Both the position numbers and the translations under genes were made by a program. 64,000 nt of DNA, taken from the IMG/VR virus record IMGVR_UViG_3300042391_000634, positions 62,001-126,000 of that record; one strand, written 5' to 3'. The notes under the pieces were generated by a model, which was not told the origin of the DNA, searched no databases, and saw only the letters and a list, made by a program, of their open reading frames with translations. Positions 9,815-20,579 of the stretch are shown in pieces (the stretch's first letter is position 1; every line of letters begins with the position of its first letter).

Positions 9815-10992
9815 TGAGAATAGCATTTATAGTAATTGGTAATAGTAGAAGAAGTAACTATCTTAATGGTCACAACTTAAGATATGGTAATGGTGGTGGT
9901 TCAGGAACCGATACAAGTTCAGTATTGGTTGCTGAATACCTTGCAAAACAAGGACACGAAGTTGTCTTTGTTGCAGATAAGTTAGAACCAAAATTAGAGG
10001 AAGAGTATAAAGCAAAAGGTAGAGTTTACATACCAGGGGAAGAATTCTACGGGGTAAAATATACCAACGACAATTTTGATGGAATCGATAACAAAGAGTT
10101 TGATATAGTGGTTAGTATGTTATGGTTCCAAGATTATGATAAATTACCAATTACAGTTACTAAAGGTTTAATTTATTGGTCACATATGCAATGGATTTAT
10201 GGTGTTGACCACATCAAAAATTATGTAAAAAATAATAATCTTTCATTGGGGTTTGTTCATATTTCAGAATGGGAAAAAAAGATGACAGGTGGGTTAACGG
10301 AATCGATTAAAAATAACGAAGTTAATACAAATGTTCAAATTTCATTAATTCCTAATCCTATTATGGATGAAATGATAAATGAAGTCGTTAGTTTAACCCC
10401 AACAAGAAAACCACATAAGTTTATATTTCATGCAGCTTGGGCTCGTGGGGGTAATGTTGCAATTGAAGCTGTTAGAAAATTAGATTATCCTGATACTGAA
10501 TTTCATGCATTTGATTATTTAATGGCAACACATAATCACCAAGATTCATTTTTTAATTTACATAATGGTGTTGATAAGAAAACACTTTTTACTAATATTG
10601 CGGAGAGTGAGTATTTTATTTATCCATTATATACACCATATCAGGATGTACATAAAGACACTTTTTCTTGTGTTGTGGCTGAAGCTATTGCGTTGGGTGC
10701 TATTGTTGTAACATACCCGTTAGGTGCTTTACCTGAAAATTTCGGTGAGTTTTGTCAATGGTTAGATTTTCCTGAAGGTGTAGATGTTGAAAAAATGCAA
10801 AACGAAGCATTAACAAAAGATTTAGAAGGTAAGTTTACTATAACTGATAATATTGTGGAGAAGATAAAATATTTAGAAGAAAATCCACAAATAAAAGAAG
10901 AGTTAAGGAAAAAAGGTAAGGAATCTATCAACTCACGATTTAATGTTAATACAGTCGGCCAAATGTGGACCGATTTAATTAATAAACTATAA
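9814..10992 (+). CDS. GT-B (GT4-like) glycosyltransferase
   Basis: GGSGTDTSSV...LAKQGHEV N-terminus and DTFSCVVAEAIALG...GALPE acceptor-side motif. Confidence 0.8.
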   Translation: MRIAFIVIGNSRRSNYLNGHNLRYGNGGGSGTDTSSVLVAEYLAKQGHEVVFVADKLEPKLEEEYKAKGRVYIPGEEFYGVKYTNDNFDGIDNKEFDIVVSMLWFQDYDKLPITVTKGLIYWSHMQWIYGVDHIKNYVKNNNLSLGFVHISEWEKKMTGGLTESIKNNEVNTNVQISLIPNPIMDEMINEVVSLTPTRKPHKFIFHAAWARGGNVAIEAVRKLDYPDTEFHAFDYLMATHNHQDSFFNLHNGVDKKTLFTNIAESEYFIYPLYTPYQDVHKDTFSCVVAEAIALGAIVVTYPLGALPENFGEFCQWLDFPEGVDVEKMQNEALTKDLEGKFTITDNIVEKIKYLEENPQIKEELRKKGKESINSRFNVNTVGQMWTDLINKL

Positions 10993-10993
10993 T

Positions 10994-11704
10994 ATGAAGG
11001 TACAGGATTTTTTTAAAGAATTGTTTTATATAAATTTAGATTCAAGAACAGATAGAAAAGAACAATTTGAAAGTGAAGTGAGTCAATATGAATTTAATAC
11101 TTTCATAAAAAGATCACCCGCTTGTATCCCAAAAATAGATGATGTTGGTGATGATTATGAATTATTAGGTTATAGAAAACATGGTGCTTGTGGAAGGTCA
11201 CATAAAAATTTAGTACAATATGCGAAAGATAAAAATCTTGAAAATATTTTCGTATTTGAAGATGACGCATCATTTTATAATGATGGTGACACAAGTGCAA
11301 TTGAAATAATTGAAAGTGCTTTGGATACGTTAAATACCATTCCCGATTGGGACTTATTTTATATGGGTGGTATTATTTTTGATGAGAATATAAACAAACC
11401 GTTTGGTAATTTATTAAAGGTAGATAAAATTTTAACAACACACGCTTGGGGAATAAATAAAAAATGTTATGATACTATTTTAAAATATAGACCTGGCGAT
11501 GGTTACACCGAACAATTTGATAGCCCAATTGATGGTAATATTGGTCTTAACACAAATTTAAATAAATTTTTAGCATATCCATTAGCGGTATACCAAAGAC
11601 CAAATATTTTATCAGATTGTGCAATTCGTAGTGATGGTGTTATTTTAAAATCTGACGATGTTAGTCCTTGGATTAGAAATTATAATAAAAATATTAGAAA
11701 ATGA
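10994..11704 (+). CDS. GT25 glycosyltransferase
   Basis: FYINLDSRTDRK, GACGRSH, IFVFEDDA and TTHAWGI motifs. Confidence 0.85.
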   Translation: MKVQDFFKELFYINLDSRTDRKEQFESEVSQYEFNTFIKRSPACIPKIDDVGDDYELLGYRKHGACGRSHKNLVQYAKDKNLENIFVFEDDASFYNDGDTSAIEIIESALDTLNTIPDWDLFYMGGIIFDENINKPFGNLLKVDKILTTHAWGINKKCYDTILKYRPGDGYTEQFDSPIDGNIGLNTNLNKFLAYPLAVYQRPNILSDCAIRSDGVILKSDDVSPWIRNYNKNIRK

Positions 11705-12483
11705 AATTAGGTTTATTTTATCAAACTGGATTTAGATATGTTGCGGCATATAATGCATTAAAACAATTTAGAAAATTTTATCCTGACTCACCTGTGGCAA
11801 TGTATGAAGATAATAGTTTTGTAATGGAACCAATATCTAAAAAATTTAACTGTTCATACAATAGAACAAATTTAAATGGATTTAACGATCCAAACAGTGG
11901 TAGACCAGCATTTAATATTACAACGATTCTTGGTTGGTTTGATAGAGTTTATGATGCTTGTACCACCACTTTAATTGATGTTGATTGGGTAATGAATTTT
12001 GAAGATGATGTTTGGTTTAAAAGAGAAATAAATAGAGAACCATTATATGATTTGTCAGGAATAGGTGGTGTAGGTTGGAATGAAAAATTATATTTATATT
12101 TGGGAACTGAAACAAGGTCAATATATGGATGTGGAGGATCTGTTTTTAATAGACTTAAATTTATTGAGGCTTATAAAAAAATAAAAGATATTAAATGGGA
12201 TGAGGTTGAATTAATAGAAAGGAGACCTCTTGAATGGACGGATAGTGCAATTACATTTTTATTTTTATTTTCTAAATTAAGTGTTGGTCAATGGGAAGAC
12301 GCTCAACAATACAGACACTCAAACATCCCACATATGGGGGATAGATTAGGTTGGCCGGGGACTATGGAGGATTTAGAAAATGAACAGGGGGACATTTCGG
12401 TTATACATTGTTGGAAACCATATTATTACCCAACAAAAGAAGAAATAGATTTAGTTGATTTAGATTTAGAAAAATATAAGTAA
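11701..12483 (+). CDS. Putative GT-A glycosyltransferase
   Basis: VMNFEDDVW DxD-like motif, and position inside the GT cluster. Confidence 0.55.
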   Translation: MKLGLFYQTGFRYVAAYNALKQFRKFYPDSPVAMYEDNSFVMEPISKKFNCSYNRTNLNGFNDPNSGRPAFNITTILGWFDRVYDACTTTLIDVDWVMNFEDDVWFKREINREPLYDLSGIGGVGWNEKLYLYLGTETRSIYGCGGSVFNRLKFIEAYKKIKDIKWDEVELIERRPLEWTDSAITFLFLFSKLSVGQWEDAQQYRHSNIPHMGDRLGWPGTMEDLENEQGDISVIHCWKPYYYPTKEEIDLVDLDLEKYK

Positions 12484-13307
12484 TGCAAAGTAATAATTAC
12501 ATAACAAGTAGATTACAGGGTAGGACTGGAAATATGATGTTTCAAATAGCACATGGGTTTGCTAAGTCATTAGAATATAATAGACAATTTATTGCTCCGT
12601 CACATGAATCTTCTAGTGGACATTTAGAAAAAACATTATTTAGAAAAATAGATTTTAATATAACGCATACACCTTCAGGTGATATATCTAAACATCTATT
12701 TTTACCGTTTCATTATAATGAAATAGAAGAACCATCATTTGATAAACCAACAGTATATGTTGGTTGGTTCCAAAGTGAAAAGTATTTTAAAAAATATACA
12801 GAAGTTATAAAAGATTTATTTTCACCCACATTAGAGTTTATTAATAGAGCTAAAGTAAATTTTCCGTTTTTAGGTAATAGTGTTGTTGGGGCAATAAATG
12901 TAAGGAGGGGAGATTATTTAACACAACCAACTAGACATCCTGTTGTTTCGATTGATTACATAAATGAGGCTTATAAACATTTACCTAAATGTGATTATAT
13001 TTTAGTTTTAAGTGATGATATACCATGGTGTAGAGAAAATATTAAAATAGAAAATGTAATATTTGTTGATAATTATTTAGATTGTGACGGACTATGGTTA
13101 TTATCACTTTGTAATCATTTTATAATAAGTAATTCATCGTTCTCATGGTGGGGAGCTTATTTATCAAATAGTGAAAATAAAAAAGTAATTTCACCAAGTA
13201 CGTGGGTAGGTCCCGATATTGTTGATAATATGGAAGATATTTGGTGTGATAATTGGGTTAAAATACCAACAAAATATAATGAAGGTAAAATAATATTAGA
13301 TATATGA
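12483..13307 (+). CDS. GT11 alpha-1,2-fucosyltransferase-like protein
   Basis: GRTGNMMFQ, INVRRGDY and IISNSSFSWWGAYL are GT11 motifs. Confidence 0.9.
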   Translation: MQSNNYITSRLQGRTGNMMFQIAHGFAKSLEYNRQFIAPSHESSSGHLEKTLFRKIDFNITHTPSGDISKHLFLPFHYNEIEEPSFDKPTVYVGWFQSEKYFKKYTEVIKDLFSPTLEFINRAKVNFPFLGNSVVGAINVRRGDYLTQPTRHPVVSIDYINEAYKHLPKCDYILVLSDDIPWCRENIKIENVIFVDNYLDCDGLWLLSLCNHFIISNSSFSWWGAYLSNSENKKVISPSTWVGPDIVDNMEDIWCDNWVKIPTKYNEGKIILDI

Positions 13308-13858
13308 TAAATGAAAGAGGTTATTGGTTAGAAAAGAACAGTCATGAACACAAATATGATTTACCTCTGAACCAAGAATTAATAAAAATTTTAAAAGAAA
13401 TAAATTGTAAGTCAATCGTTGATTTGGGGTGTGGCCCTGGTTTATACACTAAATCTTTTATTGTAAGTAATTTTGATTGTGAATGTTATGATGGTAATCC
13501 ACATACTCCGAATGAAACGGATAATTTATGTTCAATATTAGATTTATCTGAACCGTTTGATTTAAATAAAAAATTTGATTGTGTATTATCTTTAGAAGTT
13601 GGAGAACATATCCCAAAAGAATATCAAGATATTTTTATTGAAAATTTATTAAGACATTCAAATGGATTAATTATTTTATCGTGGGCCACTATCGGTCAGG
13701 GGGGACATGGTCATGTAAATGAACAACCAAATGATTATATTGAAGGTTTATTAACACCTCACAATTATAAAAGAAATACAGAATATGAAAGTAGATTGAG
13801 GAATAGTGCTCAGTGGTGGTGGTTTAAAAATACCGTTATGGTGTTCCAAAAATATTAA
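13304..13858 (+). CDS. Class I SAM-dependent methyltransferase
   Basis: IVDLGCGPG motif I and FDCVLSLEVGEHI. Confidence 0.88.
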   Translation: MINERGYWLEKNSHEHKYDLPLNQELIKILKEINCKSIVDLGCGPGLYTKSFIVSNFDCECYDGNPHTPNETDNLCSILDLSEPFDLNKKFDCVLSLEVGEHIPKEYQDIFIENLLRHSNGLIILSWATIGQGGHGHVNEQPNDYIEGLLTPHNYKRNTEYESRLRNSAQWWWFKNTVMVFQKY

Positions 13859-13860
13859 AT

Positions 13861-14946
13861 ATGTACGATTACTTAATAGTTGGTGCAGGATTCTACGGAT
13901 CCATTTGTGCACATGAATTAACAAAAAAAGGTTATAAGGTTTGTGTTATTGATAATAGAAACCATATCGGAGGCAATTGCCACACTGAGAACAAAGACGG
14001 TATTAATATACATACTTATGGACCTCACGTATTTCACACATCTAATGAAGAAGTATGGAAATGGATAAATCAATTTGTTGAATTTAATAACTTTACATTA
14101 AGAATTGTTGCAAATTATAAAGGTGAGATTTATGCGTTACCATTTAATATGTGGACATTTAACAAGTTATGGAACGTCGTTACACCTAAAGAAGTGGAAG
14201 ATATAATTAAATCTCAATCAATAGGTATTGATGAACCATCTAATTTAGAAGAACAAGCAATTAAATTGGTTGGTTCGGATATCTATGAAAAATTAATTAA
14301 ACATTACACAGCTAAGCAGTGGAGAAAAGACCCAAAAGAATTACCAAAAGAGATTATCACAAGATTACCAGTTCGTTTAACATACGATAACAATTATTTT
14401 AATGACAAATATCAAGGTATTCCAATTGGTGGATACACACAAATATTTGAAAAATTATTAGATGGTATTGAAGTTAAATTAGGGGTTGATTATTTTAAAG
14501 ATGAATTACCAGAACATAATAAAGTAATTTATACTGGACCAATTGATAAATATTTTAATTACAAGTATGGTGAGTTAGAATATAAAACTACAAGATTTGA
14601 ACATTATATTTTTGGTACGGATAATTATCAAGGTTGTGCCGTTATGAATTATACGGATAGTGAAACAACGCATACGAGAACTATAGAACATAAACATTTT
14701 GAACCTGACGTTAAAACCGAATTAACGTGGGTAACATGGGAATACCCAACACAATATAAAGCAGGAGAAACAGAACCGTATTATCCTGTAAATGACAAAG
14801 AGAATACTGAAATGTATTTGAAATACAAAGAAGAGTCTAATAAGTTAGAGAACATACATTTTGGTGGGAGATTGGCCGAATACAAATATTATGATATGCA
14901 CCAAGTGATATCATCAGCATTAAATTATATAAAGAGTTTTACCTAA
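13861..14946 (+). CDS. glf: UDP-galactopyranose mutase
   Basis: YLIVGAGFYG, HIGGNC, HTYGPHVFH, EPYYP and GRLAEYKYYDMHQ. Confidence 0.97.
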   Translation: MYDYLIVGAGFYGSICAHELTKKGYKVCVIDNRNHIGGNCHTENKDGINIHTYGPHVFHTSNEEVWKWINQFVEFNNFTLRIVANYKGEIYALPFNMWTFNKLWNVVTPKEVEDIIKSQSIGIDEPSNLEEQAIKLVGSDIYEKLIKHYTAKQWRKDPKELPKEIITRLPVRLTYDNNYFNDKYQGIPIGGYTQIFEKLLDGIEVKLGVDYFKDELPEHNKVIYTGPIDKYFNYKYGELEYKTTRFEHYIFGTDNYQGCAVMNYTDSETTHTRTIEHKHFEPDVKTELTWVTWEYPTQYKAGETEPYYPVNDKENTEMYLKYKEESNKLENIHFGGRLAEYKYYDMHQVISSALNYIKSFT

Positions 14947-14995
14947 TATTTATTACTACACCATAAACATATAAACAAAATATAGATGGCCGACG

Positions 14996-15241
14996 GTGAT
15001 AGTAAAAACAGTAAACAAATTAAAAACAAAAGATTCAAGATTGAATTTATACAAAGATACATCTCTAATGTTAGCGATGTTCTTTCTCCCGTTTGGATAC
15101 GACGCTTTATTCAAGTTAATAATGGACATGAGTGGTTCATATTGGGTAGCCGATATCGTTTTCTATTCCATTTCAGGATGTTTTTGGTTATCCTATATAT
15201 TACTTACACGGCACTTAAATAAACAAAAAACCTCCAATTAG
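14996..15241 (+). CDS. Small two-TM membrane protein
   Basis: Two hydrophobic segments (SLMLAMFFLPFGY; VADIVFYSISGCFWLSYILL). GTG start is uncertain. Confidence 0.6.
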   Translation: MIVKTVNKLKTKDSRLNLYKDTSLMLAMFFLPFGYDALFKLIMDMSGSYWVADIVFYSISGCFWLSYILLTRHLNKQKTSN

Positions 15242-15257
15242 GAGGTTTTCTTTTTTT
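15225..15257. terminator. Bidirectional terminator whose loop region carries both convergent stop codons
   Basis: AAAAAACCTCC-aatta-GGAGGTTTT. TAG (+) at 15239-41 and TAA (-) at 15238-40. Confidence 0.75.
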
Positions 15258-15378
15258 CTTCAGGTTTTTTTAATCCTTTTTTTAAATCGTCTTTTTTGAT
15301 TAAATCAGATTTAATTGCTGTTTTATGTTGATCGGAAATTTTCTTTTTTTCCTCATCGGACATTTGTAATATTGCCAT
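15238..15378 (-). CDS. 46-aa Lys-rich protein (not in the ORF track)
   Basis: MAILQMSDEEKKKISDQHKTAIKSDLIKKDDLKKGLKKPEEKKKTS. Starts 2 nt after the upstream stop. Confidence 0.65.
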   Translation of the reverse strand: MAILQMSDEEKKKISDQHKTAIKSDLIKKDDLKKGLKKPEEKKKTS

Positions 15379-15380
15379 AG

Positions 15381-15698
15381 TTATATCGTTTTAGTTTTCA
15401 TTATTTCAATCGAATCATCTTTCTTATGTTTCAACATTTCACATTTTTCATAATCTTCCCTTTCTTCAAATATCCTAATTAACTCATCTACTATTTCAAT
15501 GTAAAGTTGTAAATCATTATCATAAGATAAGATGGTACACGTATTATTATACTCATTTAATATCTCATTGTCAACTGCAACCATAAAATTAGTTACCATT
15601 TCCAATTCATCTTCATCATAGTTGTCATTATGTAAAACTCTTGTTGATTGTAAAAGAAAGTTAATTGACATACTCATATCATTATAAATATCATTCAT
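15381..15698 (-). CDS. Hypothetical protein with a C-terminal UVR-like motif
   Basis: FEEREDYEKCEMLKHKKD. Confidence 0.65.
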   Translation of the reverse strand: MNDIYNDMSMSINFLLQSTRVLHNDNYDEDELEMVTNFMVAVDNEILNEYNNTCTILSYDNDLQLYIEIVDELIRIFEEREDYEKCEMLKHKKDDSIEIMKTKTI

Positions 15699-16066
15699 AT
15701 TTTGTCTTTTAATTTTTTATCTAATATCTTAAAACATTCTATAAACCCTTCAGTTTCAGTCTCATCTCTGGTTGGTTTTGATTCTTGGGTTGGACCAAAA
15801 ACAACACCGTTTTTAAGTGAAACCGAAAATACCCATTGGTTTGGATTATACATTTCGATGGTTAAATACACACCCTCTTTATCAAAAAACTGATAAAGTT
15901 TTTTTGTGTCATATAAACCTAAAGTCGATAGACTAATAATCCCAACATTGGGAAACATGGTATCCTTAAATCTTTGAAATGAGATGGGATACAAATACTC
16001 AATAACATACCAATCCATATGTTTAATTATAAGAAAAATATTTCTATTTTGTATTAATATAAACAA
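15695..16066 (-). CDS. Hypothetical protein
   Basis: ORF coupled to the downstream gene; the true start is probably MDWYV. Confidence 0.65.
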   Translation of the reverse strand: MFILIQNRNIFLIIKHMDWYVIEYLYPISFQRFKDTMFPNVGIISLSTLGLYDTKKLYQFFDKEGVYLTIEMYNPNQWVFSVSLKNGVVFGPTQESKPTRDETETEGFIECFKILDKKLKDKI

Positions 16067-16112
16067 TATTTTTTGATTTTGATTGAAACCATTATAATTA
16101 TGATTATTTACT

Positions 16113-16352
16113 ATGTATATAAGAGAGTTTTATTATAATGACGATAACAGAATGTTATACGTTGAATTTTCCACCGATAATGATGGAGAAGATACCTATA
16201 GGGTATTAGAATTAACCGTAGAGGATGTCATGTATTATTCTCCTAACATCATTCACGAAAGTGATATGTATGATATGGAGGAGAATGATGTGGTTGAGAT
16301 GATTAATCAATATTCAACCGAAAATGATTTACCCGAAGAATCAATTTTGTAA
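16113..16352 (+). CDS. Small acidic hypothetical protein
   Basis: 79-aa ORF with ATG after an AT-rich leader. Confidence 0.7.
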   Translation: MYIREFYYNDDNRMLYVEFSTDNDGEDTYRVLELTVEDVMYYSPNIIHESDMYDMEENDVVEMINQYSTENDLPEESIL

Positions 16353-16364
16353 TATTTATAAAGT

Positions 16365-16736
16365 ATGAGTTTTTTAACTGACGAGAAAAAGGAGATTTTA
16401 GACAAGTTTGTCCTATTTGTGAAGAACGAATTGGAACTTGACTCCGTTCCTACTATTAAGGTTCAAAACAACAGGGATGGTCTAAAAACAACCGCAAACT
16501 ACGATTATACCAAAGAAAACAAGATTATTAAGGTTTGTGCTAAGAACCGAGCACTAGTGGACGTATGTAGAAGTATTGCTCATGAGATGGTTCATCACAA
16601 ACAATTTGAACAAGGTCGTCTAAAAGTCCAGCCACCCGATATAGGTGGTGAGATTGAGGATGAAGCGAACGCAAAGGCTGGCCAATTTATCAAAATGTAT
16701 TCCAAAGAAGACCCAAATATCTACAACGAAGATTAA
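16365..16736 (+). CDS. Small HExxH zincin-like metallopeptidase
   Basis: SIAHEMVHHKQ...EIEDEANA. TATTTATA 4 nt upstream. Confidence 0.7.
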   Translation: MSFLTDEKKEILDKFVLFVKNELELDSVPTIKVQNNRDGLKTTANYDYTKENKIIKVCAKNRALVDVCRSIAHEMVHHKQFEQGRLKVQPPDIGGEIEDEANAKAGQFIKMYSKEDPNIYNED

Positions 16737-16818
16737 AATCTTTATTATTAACCTAAAAAAGGGTATAATTCCCTATGCCAGTATCGTATTCAAAAGTTTT
16801 ATTGGATATTTATAGACT

Positions 16819-18828
16819 ATGAAGTTGGGTTTAACCGAGAAACAATATAATCATTTACTTACCTTAATATCAGAAACAGAATTGGGGGAACAATCAGAAC
16901 CTGAGGCTGGCACATCAAGTACACAGGCTGGAGGTAAAGGTTATCCTGAAGTGGGTAAATGGGAAAGTGGTGTTACAAGAGGACCTGGTAATCAAGTAGG
17001 TGTTACTAAATGGGCCGATGTTGTTGGTTCTAAATTAACAAGGGGTAAAGCTAATCCGTTGAAGGAACAATCTACACCAAATTTAATTCCAATTGGTGAT
17101 AATTACAATAAATTATTTAAAGGTAAAGAAAAACCAACACCTCCAATTCCTGCAATTGAAAAATACCCAAATAATCAACAAATGGATAAAAATGGTAAAA
17201 TTACTTATCCATATGAGAAAAAAAATATGGAGGGTAACTATCTTTATTGGTATTATAAAAGTCCTATAAAATCAATTGCAGATATTAATTTTCAAGATAA
17301 ACTTAATATAAAATACAGACAAGATTTAAATAGTTGGATGATATCTAATATGAATATGACATTAGAAGATTGGGAAAGATATCACGGTAGAAAAAGTAAA
17401 AGTGGTAAAAATGTACCTAAAGGATTTAATCCAGATTTATATGATGAATATCTTTCTAAAGAACAAGACCTAAGAAAAAAAACTTTAGATATGTTAAAAA
17501 AAACCATATCTGGCGACCCAAAAGACAAACAAAAATATGATAATTTAATTAAACAATTAGATAATTTAAAAAAAGAATATAGTAATCCTCAATTTAGTTA
17601 TGGTATAACTAAAGACGAACTAAATCAATATAACCAAAAGAAAAAGTTAATTGACGATTATTATGGTAATATGTTAAAAACTGTTGATGGTGGAAATAAT
17701 TCACAATCTATATTAGAACCAATAAAAAAAGATAACTTATACATTCCTAAAAATATTAACATACCAAATCAAACCGACACACCAAATCAATATAATTTAA
17801 TTAAAAAAGAATGGTCTGAACAACTAAAAACTTTAGATCTTTTATTTGGTAAAGATAATTGGACAAAAGATGTTAGTATTTTGGGTCAAGAATTTGATAG
17901 GATTTGGGATAAGTGGGGGTCAGTAATACAAATCATTGGTAACATTGCAATAATAGCAGTTTCAGGTGGTATTGCGGGGGTGGTTGAAGGTGCGGCCGGT
18001 GCGATTGGATTTACGGTGTCGTCAGGGGCACTTAGAGCAGCATCCCCTTATGTTGCTGATTCTGTATTTAATACGTTAATTGGTACATATGAATCATCAA
18101 GAGGTAAAAATGAAGAAGCATTAATTTCTTTCTTATGTGCAATGGTACCATATGTAACCTATAGTAAAAATATTGGTAAAGTATCCGTTGAAACGGCGGA
18201 AGGGTTATCTAAAAAGATTATATTAAGTAAATTTGATACAAAAGAAAGTATGGATCGATTTATTAAGTCATTAAATCCAGAGGAAAGACATATTTTTAGA
18301 GAAACAATGTCGTTACCTAAAGAAATGATAAAAAGAAATTTTGATTTATCGGTTAAACAAATAGGTAAAACCATAAAAGGTGCGGGATTAAAGGTGACTA
18401 AAGCTGGAATTTCAACTTGGGGTCCGTTATTATTAAAACAACTTAGTGTAGAAGGTGGAATACCAATTTCTGCTGCTATTACAAATGCTCTTTTTAAATT
18501 TATACAAAATAATGAAATGATAAATTTGAGTTCAGATGATTTAATTAAAACTAGACAATATCTTGATGGCAAATTAAAAAATTCGTCACCACCCACCACC
18601 ATGATGGTATCGGATAAAATTGTTGAGGGTGTGGGAAACGGGTTAATTAAAACTTTCTCTGATGTAAAAAACGTAGTAAATGAAATGATATATAATGAAC
18701 CAACAGATGAAGATATTGATTATCTTAATAAGAAATATGGAAAATATGGTTTAAATTTATCAAAATATAAAAAAACTAAAAAAGTAAACCCTATTAGTTC
18801 TTTTAGTGGGTTAAAATTAAACAACTAA
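16819..18828 (+). CDS. Large probable head-internal/ejected protein
   Basis: N-terminal LTEKQY...LISE motif, internal duplication (TRGPGNQ/TRGKANP), and a Gly/Ala-rich hydrophobic hairpin. Late motif 4 nt upstream. Confidence 0.6.
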   Translation: MKLGLTEKQYNHLLTLISETELGEQSEPEAGTSSTQAGGKGYPEVGKWESGVTRGPGNQVGVTKWADVVGSKLTRGKANPLKEQSTPNLIPIGDNYNKLFKGKEKPTPPIPAIEKYPNNQQMDKNGKITYPYEKKNMEGNYLYWYYKSPIKSIADINFQDKLNIKYRQDLNSWMISNMNMTLEDWERYHGRKSKSGKNVPKGFNPDLYDEYLSKEQDLRKKTLDMLKKTISGDPKDKQKYDNLIKQLDNLKKEYSNPQFSYGITKDELNQYNQKKKLIDDYYGNMLKTVDGGNNSQSILEPIKKDNLYIPKNINIPNQTDTPNQYNLIKKEWSEQLKTLDLLFGKDNWTKDVSILGQEFDRIWDKWGSVIQIIGNIAIIAVSGGIAGVVEGAAGAIGFTVSSGALRAASPYVADSVFNTLIGTYESSRGKNEEALISFLCAMVPYVTYSKNIGKVSVETAEGLSKKIILSKFDTKESMDRFIKSLNPEERHIFRETMSLPKEMIKRNFDLSVKQIGKTIKGAGLKVTKAGISTWGPLLLKQLSVEGGIPISAAITNALFKFIQNNEMINLSSDDLIKTRQYLDGKLKNSSPPTTMMVSDKIVEGVGNGLIKTFSDVKNVVNEMIYNEPTDEDIDYLNKKYGKYGLNLSKYKKTKKVNPISSFSGLKLNN

Positions 18829-18860
18829 AATAACTATTTATATAAAATATACAATTGTAA

Positions 18861-20570
18861 ATGATGAAAAAAATATTAATTAATGAGATAAATAGACAGT
18901 TAAAGTTGATGGGTGTTAATAAAATCTTGTCTGAAGGTGTTATAACCAATTGGGCTAGAGATTTTTTTCAAGCGTCTAAAGTTGGTGTTGGGGTTAGTAA
19001 AAGAAACGATCTTATAAAATTATTTGACGAATCTATTAAAGAGGTTCCGATTGGAGGTTTTAAAACTTTTGAGGATTTAGAAAAGAATTTAGATATTTTT
19101 TTTAGAACTGGCAGATCGAACATTGCGGAAAGTGATTATACTAAATTAGCATTAAAAATGCTTGAGAAACTTTCTAAAGAGACTACAAATTATAAACAAA
19201 TATCTGAGATAATGTTTAATGCTTATAGAGGTGTTAATGGAATTGTTGCCGGAACGCCAAGTGGTGATTTAGTTGAAAAGATGATTAGTTTAGCGAAAAC
19301 AGCCGGTAAATCTCCAAATGATTTAAAAGTGTTTAATCAACTATCACAAGACTTAATAAATAGAAAAATTGTTGATCCGTCAATCCCTAATTTAATAAAA
19401 AATATATTTTATAACGCAATAATTCCAAATGACGTTATAAAAACAATGGATGGGTTTGTTACATATTTAAAAGGTTTACCTGGTATAAAACAAATATATG
19501 AAATAAACGCAAAAAAAGAAATGGACCGACTTGGTATGCAATCAACGTTTGACCAAATTGAATCAATTTTAAGACAATTTGATGACTCTCTTATTGGTAA
19601 TAGTGATATTACGTTTGATGAGGTATCAGCAAGAAATACATTATCAAAACTATCTGAAAAAGTTTCTTATGGTAAAAAGGATATATTAAGAATGCTTTGG
19701 TTAGATGTTAAAAAAAGATTACCTCAAACCACAATAACACAACTTGAAGATGCAAATGGTGTATTAAATTATAATAATCTTAATGAATGGTTTACATATT
19801 TTGAAAAGGCAGCAGGGGTTGAGGGAATAAAAAAACCTAACGAATATATTGGTAGACTAACGGCATTAATTAGAATATTTAACGATCCGGTACATTACAA
19901 AGATGTAAAAACATTTGGTAAAATAAAATTAGCGTCAGAAAGACTTATTAATGAATATTTTAAGGGGTCTGCTAGATTAAAAGATGAAATTGCACAAATT
20001 GAGAAGGTAATGGGTAAGAAGGGAAAATTAGGTTATAATATTGGTGAGAGATTAGTTGCATATGTTTTTTATTATCCACTTGTTGGAGCTTTTCTACAAA
20101 CAATAGGTGATTACCTTGAAAACACCGGATCGGTAACAAATGATGGTAAAGGATATAATATACCATTGCTTGGTGTGGTAGGAAAAGATTGGAGCGCTTT
20201 ACATGGAGAGACATGGAATACACCAGGAAAAAGAACAGGGTCTAATCTTGAAGGATTATGGAACTCATTTGCAACAAACTCAAAACAATTTATAAATCCA
20301 TTAAGTGCGAGTTTTCAACAAATAAGTGTTATATCACCAGCACTTGCTGACTTTATTAATAGATTTGCAACAAACAAAGCTGGAGATAATATAGATCTTA
20401 ACGAATTGAATAAAACTAAAAAAGCTATTATTGTAGAACAAACAGATACTTTACAAACAATACAAATTGAAGGTGGAAATGATTCAGAGATTAAAAAATT
20501 TATAGATACTGTAGGTATGGAACCATTGAATAAAACAAATGAAATTTTTAAAATAGATACGACACAATAA
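18861..20570 (+). CDS. Large probable head-internal/ejected protein
   Basis: MKKILINE...KILSE N-terminus, one hydrophobic segment (LVAYVFYYPLVGAFL), late motif upstream. Confidence 0.6.
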   Translation: MMKKILINEINRQLKLMGVNKILSEGVITNWARDFFQASKVGVGVSKRNDLIKLFDESIKEVPIGGFKTFEDLEKNLDIFFRTGRSNIAESDYTKLALKMLEKLSKETTNYKQISEIMFNAYRGVNGIVAGTPSGDLVEKMISLAKTAGKSPNDLKVFNQLSQDLINRKIVDPSIPNLIKNIFYNAIIPNDVIKTMDGFVTYLKGLPGIKQIYEINAKKEMDRLGMQSTFDQIESILRQFDDSLIGNSDITFDEVSARNTLSKLSEKVSYGKKDILRMLWLDVKKRLPQTTITQLEDANGVLNYNNLNEWFTYFEKAAGVEGIKKPNEYIGRLTALIRIFNDPVHYKDVKTFGKIKLASERLINEYFKGSARLKDEIAQIEKVMGKKGKLGYNIGERLVAYVFYYPLVGAFLQTIGDYLENTGSVTNDGKGYNIPLLGVVGKDWSALHGETWNTPGKRTGSNLEGLWNSFATNSKQFINPLSASFQQISVISPALADFINRFATNKAGDNIDLNELNKTKKAIIVEQTDTLQTIQIEGGNDSEIKKFIDTVGMEPLNKTNEIFKIDTTQ

Positions 20571-20579
20571 ATTTAACTA

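Noticed and set aside
14986-15222. 78-aa ORF with an ATG start
   Set aside because: The overlapping frame (14996..15241) gives a coherent two-TM protein ending at the terminator. This frame is not fully excluded.
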